10,098 nucleotides of DNA from an uncultured Anaerolineales bacterium (GCA_964643875.1 CAZXVB010000069.1:1-10098), one strand, 5' to 3'. Shown: positions 1 through 7,007, counted from the first letter of the stretch. Numbers and translations: made by a program. The notes: a model not told the origin generated them from the sequence alone.

Positions 1-12
1 ATCAACTTTGAG

Positions 13-30
13 TTCAACCTGCGGGAGGGT
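13..30. repeat. Second copy of the CCTGCGGGAGGGT 13-mer (18-mer ttcaaCCTGCGGGAGGGT with 16/18 identity to 5384..5401) at the window edge, embedded in short palindromes
   Basis: 18..30 is identical to 5389..5401. The flanks are TGAGTT(9..14)...AACTCA(35..40) and CAACT-c-AGTTG (34..44). Any inverted partner (CCTCCCGCAGG) would lie left of position 1 and cannot be seen. A 13-mer repeat alone is near chance expectation in 10 kb. The significance comes from the hairpin context. Confidence 0.3.
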
Positions 31-86
31 CTCCAACTCAGTTGAAACACACCCAAGTCAAATGGGTTCGCTCTTTGGCTCTTTGG

Positions 87-749
87 TTAGAGCATGGCGG
101 TCAGTATCACGGCCGAGATGGCCGGAACCGTCAGATTGTCTATTCCCCAAGGGGATATGGCTTCGATGAGTGTTGCTCCCAGGGCCGTCACGGCAGCACT
201 CCATACTATGGAACTCCATGGCAGGGGGAGGGGTGACAGAAGAAGCAGGGGAATCAGCGTGGCGATCCAACTGCTGATGAACATCACGCCCGATCCTTCC
301 TGGGAGCGGGTATAGCCTAGAAGGACGTAACGCCTCTGCCCGAACCGTTGCCCAACGACGGCTGCCAGGGCGTCTCCCCAGGTCATAGGCATCAGACTGG
401 CAACCAGCAGATGGGGAGAGTCCCACAGCAACCAGACGATGATGGCAAACGAGATGGGAAAGTAAATGGTGCCCAGTTGGCCCTTCTGGCCGGTTTCCAT
501 AGCCTGGAACGTTCCCCGCCAATAGGAGAATACATTGATGGCGATAAAGGCAATGGGAGGAATGACGGCCCAGGTGCGATGTGCAAACAATAGTACCGTG
601 CCGTAACTCCACATGCCAACGGCAATGTGGATGAACTTCCGAGTGAACTCGACTGAGTAACTGCGCCATCGCCGCATTCCCTCGGCCAAGCCAATCATTG
701 CAAAAACGTAGACGAAGGAAACGATGAGTGCGAAAACATCCCTTGACAT
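87..749 (-). CDS. Polytopic membrane protein, CTP-dependent polyprenol/phytol/dolichol-kinase-like (CDP-diglyceride synthetase superfamily) (220 aa)
   Basis: Intact ORF starting at ATG 749, with a GAGGGA Shine-Dalgarno about 9 nt upstream on the minus strand. There are about 6 hydrophobic helices. Motifs 'TRKFIHIAVG' and 'GDALAAVVGQRFG' resemble the K-x-x-H...G / GD..A..vG..fG signature of the SEC59/VTE5/CdsA-like CTP-transferase family. An overlapping 203-aa ORF in another frame (58..669) is Arg/His-rich with no features. Confidence 0.55.
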   Translation of the reverse strand: MSRDVFALIVSFVYVFAMIGLAEGMRRWRSYSVEFTRKFIHIAVGMWSYGTVLLFAHRTWAVIPPIAFIAINVFSYWRGTFQAMETGQKGQLGTIYFPISFAIIVWLLWDSPHLLVASLMPMTWGDALAAVVGQRFGQRRYVLLGYTRSQEGSGVMFISSWIATLIPLLLLSPLPLPWSSIVWSAAVTALGATLIEAISPWGIDNLTVPAISAVILTAML

Positions 750-801
750 TTATCTCTATCCCTCAGCTTAAATCCACGTTTGATCCATACTCGATCCACG
801 T

Positions 802-1794
802 TCAATTACCCTTCAATAATGCAGTGATATATCCCACAAGCACATCATCGTCGATCTCAGCACCGCCAAGTATTGTTGCGTTTGCTCCTATGAAGACCAC
901 CTCACCCGCTTCGTCGAAATTGAATTTTCCAAAGACCGGCCCGTCGGCGGTTTCCAGAATGGCGTAACCCTCTTGTGTTATGTCTGACTGCCGTTTGACC
1001 AGGGCATAATCGCCTTCGTTTGCCCCCAGGCTTTCCTGTACTTCTGGAGGGACTTCTATCACGTAGTACTCACCGTCCGGCTCCAGATAAACCCGTTGGG
1101 TGCCTTTCAAGCGCCGGGTCTGTAGGATGTGCTCTCCAACGCGCAATTGGAGCCGGCTCTCGCGTTCCAGGACGAAGCGGTCCACTTCTACCTCGGCAAG
1201 GGCGAATCCCCCTTTCGCTTTCCACAGGACGACGGGGATACAGATGCGTGTGGTCGGACTGACTCCGATGCGGGCGCCGGTGCGCGTTAGGTATTCCTGC
1301 AATGTCTCCACCCATTGCCGGATTCGAACACAGGTCTCGATGTGATTGGTGGCGTTGACAGTCGCCCATTCTCGGATCACTTGCTCGCACTGCCGATCGG
1401 CCTCCTCGTACCATTGAAGCGCGTCTATCTCGTTCCCCAGGGATTGCGAAACGAGTCCCAGGGCATAGATGACCACGGCCTCGTTGTGACGCTGACAACG
1501 GGACGTTTTTTGCCGTAAGAGACGGTACGCCCGCTGATAGCTGGACAGGGCCGGGCCCAGTTTGCCTACATTGTGGTGAATATCGGCCAGGTGGACCAGC
1601 GCAAGGGCAAGGCCGATCCAGTGACCAGGCTCTTGGGTTTTGGTGACTACAGCCTGCGCGCTCTGGATCGCCTCGGACAAGCGCCCTTGTCGGCGCAGAC
1701 GGCGAACGCGACTTAATAGCTCGTCTATGAAGGATGGTAGTTCCTCCCGACAGAGCAACTCAGACGGTGTCAACTCTTGTGGTAAACGGATCAT
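802..1794 (-). CDS. Soluble hypothetical protein: N-terminal TPR-like helical repeats plus C-terminal beta-strand-rich small-barrel domain (LexA/S24-like or NfeD-OB-like) (330 aa)
   Basis: Its start codon (1792..1794) overlaps the stop of the upstream SPFH gene by 4 nt (ATGA), which suggests translational coupling. There is no TM segment. The central region has paired amphipathic helices ('GLALALVHLADIHHNVGKLGPALSSYQRAYRLL', 'ALGLVSQSLGNEIDALQWYEEADRQ'). The C-terminal 130 aa ('IPVVLWKAKGG...LRVGEHIL...GDYALVKRQSDITQEGYAILETADGPVFGKF...DDVLVGYITALLK') follows the strand pattern of LexA/S24 C-terminal domains, but the GDSM serine position reads 'GEHI'. Confidence 0.55.
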   Translation of the reverse strand: MIRLPQELTPSELLCREELPSFIDELLSRVRRLRRQGRLSEAIQSAQAVVTKTQEPGHWIGLALALVHLADIHHNVGKLGPALSSYQRAYRLLRQKTSRCQRHNEAVVIYALGLVSQSLGNEIDALQWYEEADRQCEQVIREWATVNATNHIETCVRIRQWVETLQEYLTRTGARIGVSPTTRICIPVVLWKAKGGFALAEVEVDRFVLERESRLQLRVGEHILQTRRLKGTQRVYLEPDGEYYVIEVPPEVQESLGANEGDYALVKRQSDITQEGYAILETADGPVFGKFNFDEAGEVVFIGANATILGGAEIDDDVLVGYITALLKGN

Positions 1795-3326
1795 ACCCCG
1801 CTTCCTGTGTCCAACATGCGAATAGACTTGTAGAGGTCGCTGAGTGTTGCCTCTGTTCCTTCGCTTGTTTCAGATGGCGTTTTGCTTACTTCGGCTGTCT
1901 GTCCCAGCACGTTTTTCTCCAGCGCCTCGAGGGTGCGCAACGCCTCCGGGGGGAGGAAGGTCTGACTGAATGGATCGTACGCCATCCAGTGCAGAGCCTG
2001 GAACAAGCGCAGGGCGATTAGGTGAGAGGAGACTTCGCTCTGGGTGGATACGAATGGACGAATTGCTTCCGTCAGGGTCAGCACCATCTCGGCTTGCGCC
2101 TGGAATTGGGCGGTCTGGAGACTGGACAATACTTCCGCTTCCCCTTCCGCCAGGGTTTCGATACTCCGTTGCTCCCAATCGGCGTTCCAGGCTTCGATCC
2201 ATTGGGTCGAGATGCGTTTGTCTTTCACGTTTATCTTCCCCAAAGCGATGTTGAGCAATTTGGCCCCGATCTTGTTATCCACCGTCAAGGTGTTCTCCAA
2301 CTTGCTTCGCAACTGTTCTAGAATCTCCTGGCGGGGCGGCTTCTGGTCGGGTTGTGGGGGCTGAAGCAGCCAATCCAGTCGGTAGCGGGCCAGAATGTTC
2401 CGCAAAGCGCCTTCTACTTCGCTGATCATTACCCGCCCGGTCCAGTGGCGAAGCTGCTCCTGGTGATCAGGCTGTTTGATGCGTACCCAAATGGCCGTCG
2501 CGGCATTGAATACGGCCTGATCAGTGTAGGGCAGCGGTGTGGAGATACCTCCCTTTTCTATCTCCTCGGCAATGACGCGATCCAGCGCCTCCGGGAACGT
2601 CTTGCTCCTCAAAAAGTCATCTGGGATTTCGACCGGCGATACTTCCTGGACCTGACCATCTGCACCGACTACCCGATCATCGATTTTGAAAGTAACATCC
2701 ACTTCACAGGAAATCGGGATACCCTCCTTAGTCATCGCGTGGTCGGTGAACAGCCAGCGTTGTGGACGTAGGTCTATCACTTCCCAGATACGTTCATACG
2801 GTTCCAGGAAGCCTACGGATGGCCCCAGGACGCGGGTGAGCCGACCGGCCCGTTCCAACACGACGGCGCTGTCGTTATAGACAATGATGAACCCCGGCCC
2901 TCCCACCCGGTCGAAGAAACTGCCGCTTCCCACGGCGATCTTTCCTTCACGTACGATAATGATTGGCTTGAGCCTGCTCATTCCGAAGACCAGCCGCTGG
3001 AGGAAAGAGCGGGCTTCTCCCATATCCCTGGTATCGTATAGCCCTCGAATGAAGCGCGGCGCCAGCCATAGGAAAATGGCCGCCAAGGCGAGGAAGGCCG
3101 GCAATGAATTGTAGATTGCCCCGGGGAGCAGGGAGATCAGGCGCTGTACCCACCATTGCGTCTGAACGAAGAGAACGCCTTGCGGTGGAGTCTCCGGTAT
3201 AGCAGGGACGGCATCCGTCGGATGGCTGTGAGCTTCCGCGATGAAAGCAAGAGCCAAGATCAGGAGAAGTAAGATTAGCAATATAATCAGGCGATTCGAA
3301 TTCTGAGCTTGGAGTTTCCAGCGCAT
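1791..3326 (-). CDS. Membrane-anchored SPFH/band-7 (stomatin/prohibitin/flotillin/HflKC)-like protein, paralog 2 (511 aa)
   Basis: ATG at 3326 with AGGAG 8 nt upstream. The N-terminus has a hydrophobic leader/TM ('LIILLILLLLILALAFIA') and a second TM. The core 'GRLTRVLGPSVGFLEPYERIWEVIDLRPQRWLFTDHAMTKEGIPISCEVDVTFKIDD' matches the SPFH pattern (G.f..v.PG..f..P...v..vd.r.q......TKD...v.vd.vv.y.I.d). There is a long C-terminal helical/coiled region. It is paralogous to 3354..5015 (shared 'AMTK[DE]GI' and 'IEAW..EW' segments). Confidence 0.6.
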   Translation of the reverse strand: MRWKLQAQNSNRLIILLILLLLILALAFIAEAHSHPTDAVPAIPETPPQGVLFVQTQWWVQRLISLLPGAIYNSLPAFLALAAIFLWLAPRFIRGLYDTRDMGEARSFLQRLVFGMSRLKPIIIVREGKIAVGSGSFFDRVGGPGFIIVYNDSAVVLERAGRLTRVLGPSVGFLEPYERIWEVIDLRPQRWLFTDHAMTKEGIPISCEVDVTFKIDDRVVGADGQVQEVSPVEIPDDFLRSKTFPEALDRVIAEEIEKGGISTPLPYTDQAVFNAATAIWVRIKQPDHQEQLRHWTGRVMISEVEGALRNILARYRLDWLLQPPQPDQKPPRQEILEQLRSKLENTLTVDNKIGAKLLNIALGKINVKDKRISTQWIEAWNADWEQRSIETLAEGEAEVLSSLQTAQFQAQAEMVLTLTEAIRPFVSTQSEVSSHLIALRLFQALHWMAYDPFSQTFLPPEALRTLEALEKNVLGQTAEVSKTPSETSEGTEATLSDLYKSIRMLDTGSGV

Positions 3327-3353
3327 TGTTTATGCTCCTATCTTCAAACCGGT

Positions 3354-5015
3354 TCATGCCGGATTGCTGGTTTTTCGTTGGGCGTCCCGAACGACGCGTC
3401 TCGTATCTTTAGGTAAGTAGCGCTGCACCATCGGGCGGATGGCCATTTGGTTGATAAGGTCCAGGAATTGGGCCACAATCCGGTCAAACGTGGGAGCTTC
3501 TCCGCTGCGGCGCAATTCAGCGATCCGTTTCCCGATTTCCAGGATCACATCGGTCTGCGCCTGTGCACGTGCCCATTCGACGCGTTGTATACGAGTGTGA
3601 TGGCCTGCGGCCCGCTTGCGCATTATCTGGCGCACCCATTCAGTTTGCCAGGCCTCAATACGTTTTTGTAGTACCTGCTCATTGACTGGTTCAATGTTAC
3701 CAATCCCTCCACCAATCCGCTGAATTCCCCATCCAGGCAGGACTTTGTCCAACTCATCCCGGAACTCTTTGGCTATCCGCGCGCGAGGGTCGTCGCCAGG
3801 GTTATCGAACAGCTCGAAGGGGGCATACAGATCGTCGAAGTTGTACCGGGAGATGATCTCTTGCAGAATGCGCTCCCCGGCCAACTGTGGTAGGTCATAC
3901 CACTTGAGGGCCTCCAGTTGGTCAGGTTCCTGAGAAGGGTTCTTGTGGTCTATCACCTGGGCCTGGAACGCCCGGAAGACATCACTAGCCCGGTAGGGAT
4001 ACCCCCGTCCCAGCGCTGGGCGTTGCCCGCCGGCCCCCATCTGGAATGGGATGAAGGCGAAGAACTTGACTTCAATGCCGTCCTTGGTCATCGCTGTGAC
4101 GGGGAAAGCCCGTAGTTGCACCCGCAGATCAATCGCCTGAGTAGGGGTATCGGACATGCCGGTAAACACCACCCCCGGTCCTTTGGGGCCTTTGAACCGC
4201 AGCCCCGAAGAGATGGCAACAGCGTGATCGCATCCGGTAAGCACTAGGCCCGGCCCTGACAGGAATGCACCGTATGTGTCGCCTGCTGCCCGTTTGACCA
4301 GCCGTTCTTCGCCGGTCAGCCAGGTCCGGTTGTCCTCGGTGCGGGCCATAATCTTTTCATCTACAACGACATAGTAGGGATAGTTGGTGCCCAACGTATA
4401 TGTGATCAGGCAACGCAAAGCTTTGCGGCGGTGCTCGATCCATTCCTGACGGATGGCCTTGTTCTGTCGGAAACGGAACATCGCCAGGAAATCCAAAATC
4501 TGGTCTTTCAACATCGGCACTCCGCCCGGTTGGGGAGCGGAGCGCTTACCCCGATAAAGGGCATCCTGTGGTGGAGAGGGAATCAAAAAACCGGCCACAA
4601 AGAGAAGCCCCCCTCCGGCGATCAGGAGCGCTGGCACGGTAATGGTCAACACCCCCAACCAGCCGGAGCGCCATCCGACGCACCCGGCGAACCAGAAGTA
4701 GACCCAGGGGACGTAGAGGGACCAGGCCTTGATGCGTTTGTTGTTCGGTTCCATTGAGGGCAACAGAATCATCAACAGTAGGCCGGCTATTAGATTGGTG
4801 AAGAACCCCAGGGTTGGACCGCCAGCGATTATGCCCGACAGAGCCACTACAAGATAGAGCGTCATCCCTATCAGGCTACTGATGAGCCAAAATCCACATG
4901 TGATGGTGATGTCCAGGCGATTAAAAGTGGCGAGTTTGAGAAACAGGCCAATAGCTACCGTGCCGCCAATCGTCAACGTGGTCAAAAGCATCAAGTCATT
5001 GAGTAGGTCTGGCAT
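3354..5015 (-). CDS. Polytopic membrane SPFH/band-7-like protein, paralog 1 (about 553 aa)
   Basis: The ORF track starts at 5021 (MNMPDLLN), but the AAGGAG Shine-Dalgarno lies only 1 nt from that ATG and 7 nt from the second ATG (5013..5015), so the MPDLLN start is preferred. About 6 N-terminal TM helices are followed by the SPFH-like core 'GPGLVLTGCDHAVAISSGLRFKGPKGPGVVFTGMSDTPTQAIDLRVQLRAFPVTAMTKDGIEVKFFAFIPF' and a C-terminal helical region resembling that of the paralog. Confidence 0.6.
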   Translation of the reverse strand: MPDLLNDLMLLTTLTIGGTVAIGLFLKLATFNRLDITITCGFWLISSLIGMTLYLVVALSGIIAGGPTLGFFTNLIAGLLLMILLPSMEPNNKRIKAWSLYVPWVYFWFAGCVGWRSGWLGVLTITVPALLIAGGGLLFVAGFLIPSPPQDALYRGKRSAPQPGGVPMLKDQILDFLAMFRFRQNKAIRQEWIEHRRKALRCLITYTLGTNYPYYVVVDEKIMARTEDNRTWLTGEERLVKRAAGDTYGAFLSGPGLVLTGCDHAVAISSGLRFKGPKGPGVVFTGMSDTPTQAIDLRVQLRAFPVTAMTKDGIEVKFFAFIPFQMGAGGQRPALGRGYPYRASDVFRAFQAQVIDHKNPSQEPDQLEALKWYDLPQLAGERILQEIISRYNFDDLYAPFELFDNPGDDPRARIAKEFRDELDKVLPGWGIQRIGGGIGNIEPVNEQVLQKRIEAWQTEWVRQIMRKRAAGHHTRIQRVEWARAQAQTDVILEIGKRIAELRRSGEAPTFDRIVAQFLDLINQMAIRPMVQRYLPKDTRRVVRDAQRKTSNPA

Positions 5016-5209
5016 ATTCATACTCCTTGGCAGATGGGCAAATGATCTGGGAGAAAGATAATTGCTCTCATTTGCGGTTGTTCCTTAATTGCCGGTACAG
5101 GCTCTTCTTTCACTCGTGCACTCGCTGGGCAATCGTGGTAGCAACTATACTGGTTTTTCCTCAACAGAGATCGTGTTTCGGCTATGCGGGGACACAAACG
5201 CACTGGCTT

Positions 5210-5237
5210 GATTATATGTCAGAATAGTCTGAAAGCA
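5210..5237 (-). promoter_or_regulatory. Candidate sigma70-like promoter for the minus-strand SPFH operon (-35 TTGCTT 5237..5232, 16-nt spacer, -10 TATAAT 5215..5210)
   Basis: The minus strand reads '...ggattTTGCTTtcagactattctgacaTATAATcaagcc'. The -10 is a perfect consensus and the -35 matches 3/6. A start near 5203 would give a leader of about 190 nt to the SPFH start at 5015. Confidence 0.3.
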
Positions 5238-5359
5238 AAATCCAGTTATACCGCCTTGTACAGCATCGAGGCTCGCCATCTGGAATCGGGATACTGGCCG
5301 TATGATGATATTATACTGATTCTCATGTTTGAGACAAACTCTCATTACCCGACATTTTG

Positions 5360-5401
5360 ACCCTCCCGTAGGTTCGGATGCGGTTAACCCTGCGGGAGGG
5401 T
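5360..5401. repeat. 13-bp stem (one G-U wobble) with a 16-nt loop in the leader of the first NTPase gene; the right arm is a repeated 13-mer
   Basis: ACCCTCCCGTAGG (5360..5372), loop ttcggatgcggttaac, CCTGCGGGAGGGT (5389..5401). The arms are reverse complements with one position that pairs only as U-G in RNA. Flanking bases extend the stem by 2-3 weak pairs. No T-tract follows, so it is not a canonical terminator. It lies about 80 nt upstream of ATG 5484. Confidence 0.45.
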
Positions 5402-5483
5402 TAGCGAAAGACAAACTTGCCGTTGTCATTGTTCTATGGTATTCTTGTGCCAGCGGTGTGACAAAGTGATAGGGGAACCACAG

Positions 5484-7007
5484 ATGAGCAGCTACGGCCA
5501 CAGTTTTAGCCGCCGCTTGAACCGGTGGTTGGAAAAATTCGGCTTGATCGCCGATCCGTTTGCATTCTATGAGGCCGATCGGGAACGTTCGGACCTACCA
5601 TATTTCTTTGTGGATCGCCCATATCTGCATGACATGATCGGCGTTCCCGACCACCCCCAATCCGCCTTTCTCCTGGCCGGTCGAGGGGAAGGGAAGACAG
5701 CCACCCGGGAAATGGTGGCCTATGAGTGTTCGTATGCCAGTTTGCGTCGTCGCGCTCTCCCGGTGCGCTACTATGACTTTACCTCTTTGCTGGAACAAAC
5801 GGGTGGGGATCTCAGCCAGGTAACTATTGGTCATCATGTACGACTCCTCGCCCGACAGATTCTCAAAGCTATGATCGCAGAGATACCGGCGACGTATTTC
5901 GATCTCCTTGATGATTTGGAGCGGGGCATATTGATGGGATACATAGCAGAGTTCGGAGATCCGATTTCCCGATTGAAGTGGGAACGCATCCTGGCTACCG
6001 CTCCGTTGGCGTTGGAATGGGAAAAGCTTTCGCCGTCTGAAACGTTACAGACTCTGTCCAACCTGGTAGTCAAGTTGGGCCGCTCCCCAGACGCCACCTA
6101 CCAGGCGCTGTATGTACTGGTGGATCGGGTGGATGAGACTGCCGCTGGGCCAGATGCGGCCGTAGCACTGTTACGTCCTCTGGTCGCGGATCGTTTGCTC
6201 CTGGAAACTGAACACGTGGCCTTCAAATTCTTCATTCCTGAAGAGGTAGGCCATAGTCTGGAGCAGGTTGTCGATCTGCGCCCCGACCGTGTATGTATCC
6301 GCCGGATTTCCTGGGATGCGGAAGCGCTGCGGGCAATGGTAGAGCAACGCATATTCTATTATAGCGAAGGCCGTACCGCGCGGTTGGAGGAGATGTGCAC
6401 GTCAGGGGTCAAATCTATGGCGATGGAGCGGATGATCCGTGCTTGTAAAGGCTCCCCCCGTCACTTGTTGCGCTTGTGTCAGGCATTGATCCATCACCAT
6501 GTCCGCCATGCCAATGAGACCAACGCATTGATCACCCATGCGGATCTGGTTGATACTTTGCGGGAGTTCGAATATCGAACAGAGGTGGAGCATACGCCAA
6601 CAAAGCGGAGCGAGACCGTGCCCACTGTGGACAAGGGGCCAATCACCGAATCTACTATGTCTCCGTCAAAGCCGCCAGAACGAGGGTTGTACATAGATGC
6701 CGGTGGGCATGTCTGGGTGGACGGGCATCCTCTGACACCGCCGCTTCCCGATCTGGAGTTCCGGCTGCTGAATATCTTGTACCAGCGTGCGCCTGAGATT
6801 GTCCCCCATTCTGCCCTGATCGAGGCCATCTGGCCCACCGCCACCTGGATGTCTTCCGACCATCCTGGTGCTTACAAGTCTGATGAGCAGAACCTCCGCA
6901 AATTGATCGGTCGCTTGCGAGAGCGATTGGACCCTGACTCTCCTGGCCGAAAGTCGCGATTTGTGAAGAACGTGCGCGGGCGGGGATACTGGCTCTGCAA
7001 GGACTGA
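5484..7007 (+). CDS. P-loop NTPase (STAND-like N-terminal signature) fused to C-terminal OmpR/PhoB-type winged-helix DNA-binding domain (507 aa)
   Basis: ATG at 5484 preceded by AGGGGAA (7 nt spacer). The longer ORF from ATG 5436 has no Shine-Dalgarno. Walker A 'LLAGRGEGKTA' (about 5673..5702) is preceded by 'FFVDR' about 25 aa upstream. A Walker-B-like 'LYVLVDRVDE' lies at about 6108..6140. The C-terminus, 'LPDLEFRLLNILYQRAPEIVPHSALIEAIWPT...DEQNLRKLIGRLRERLDPD...SRFVKNVRGRGYWL' (about 6683..7004), matches the trans_reg_C consensus (LT..EfrLL..L.....v..r..L...vW....drtvdv.I.rLRkKl.......I.tvrGvGYrl). Confidence 0.75.
   Translation: MSSYGHSFSRRLNRWLEKFGLIADPFAFYEADRERSDLPYFFVDRPYLHDMIGVPDHPQSAFLLAGRGEGKTATREMVAYECSYASLRRRALPVRYYDFTSLLEQTGGDLSQVTIGHHVRLLARQILKAMIAEIPATYFDLLDDLERGILMGYIAEFGDPISRLKWERILATAPLALEWEKLSPSETLQTLSNLVVKLGRSPDATYQALYVLVDRVDETAAGPDAAVALLRPLVADRLLLETEHVAFKFFIPEEVGHSLEQVVDLRPDRVCIRRISWDAEALRAMVEQRIFYYSEGRTARLEEMCTSGVKSMAMERMIRACKGSPRHLLRLCQALIHHHVRHANETNALITHADLVDTLREFEYRTEVEHTPTKRSETVPTVDKGPITESTMSPSKPPERGLYIDAGGHVWVDGHPLTPPLPDLEFRLLNILYQRAPEIVPHSALIEAIWPTATWMSSDHPGAYKSDEQNLRKLIGRLRERLDPDSPGRKSRFVKNVRGRGYWLCKD

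Noticed and set aside
58-669. 203-aa minus-strand ORF overlapping the 87..749 gene in another frame
   Set aside because: Arg/His/Gly/Pro-rich composition typical of an off-frame read of GC-rich coding DNA. The co-located frame encodes a coherent multi-TM protein with a family motif.
1070-1498. 142-aa minus-strand ORF and several 60-80-aa plus-strand ORFs inside 802..1794
   Set aside because: Low-complexity Arg/Pro/Gly-rich translations with no Shine-Dalgarno. They overlap a well-supported coupled gene.
1870-2771. Five overlapping 95-139-aa ORFs on both strands (1870..2202-, 1970..2254+, 2022..2321+, 2044..2364+, 2352..2771+) inside SPFH paralog 2
   Set aside because: All lie within the 511-aa SPFH-like ORF in alternative frames or antisense. 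None has a ribosome-binding site or recognisable motif. They are a GC-rich frame artefact.
5207-5235. Plus-strand TTGATT (5207..5212) as a -35 for NTPase gene 1
   Set aside because: No acceptable -10 hexamer at 16-18 nt spacing (gaaagc). The same bases are better explained as the minus-strand TATAAT region. The promoter of gene 1 remains unassigned.
5371-5385. 'GGTTCGGAT' resembling a tRNA T-loop (GGTTCGAAT) inside the hairpin loop
   Set aside because: No acceptor, D or anticodon arms can be drawn around it. It is simply the loop of the 13-bp inverted repeat.
5145-5501. 118-aa minus-strand ORF spanning the divergent intergenic region and antisense to the NTPase-1 start
   Set aside because: It would start inside the opposing gene. 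It has no Shine-Dalgarno, and it covers the hairpin and promoter elements. It is more parsimoniously non-coding regulatory DNA.
6494-6863. Antisense ORFs (116 aa, 65 aa, 63 aa) inside the wHTH-NTPase gene
   Set aside because: They lie within and opposite a strongly supported CDS, with biased composition and no start signals.
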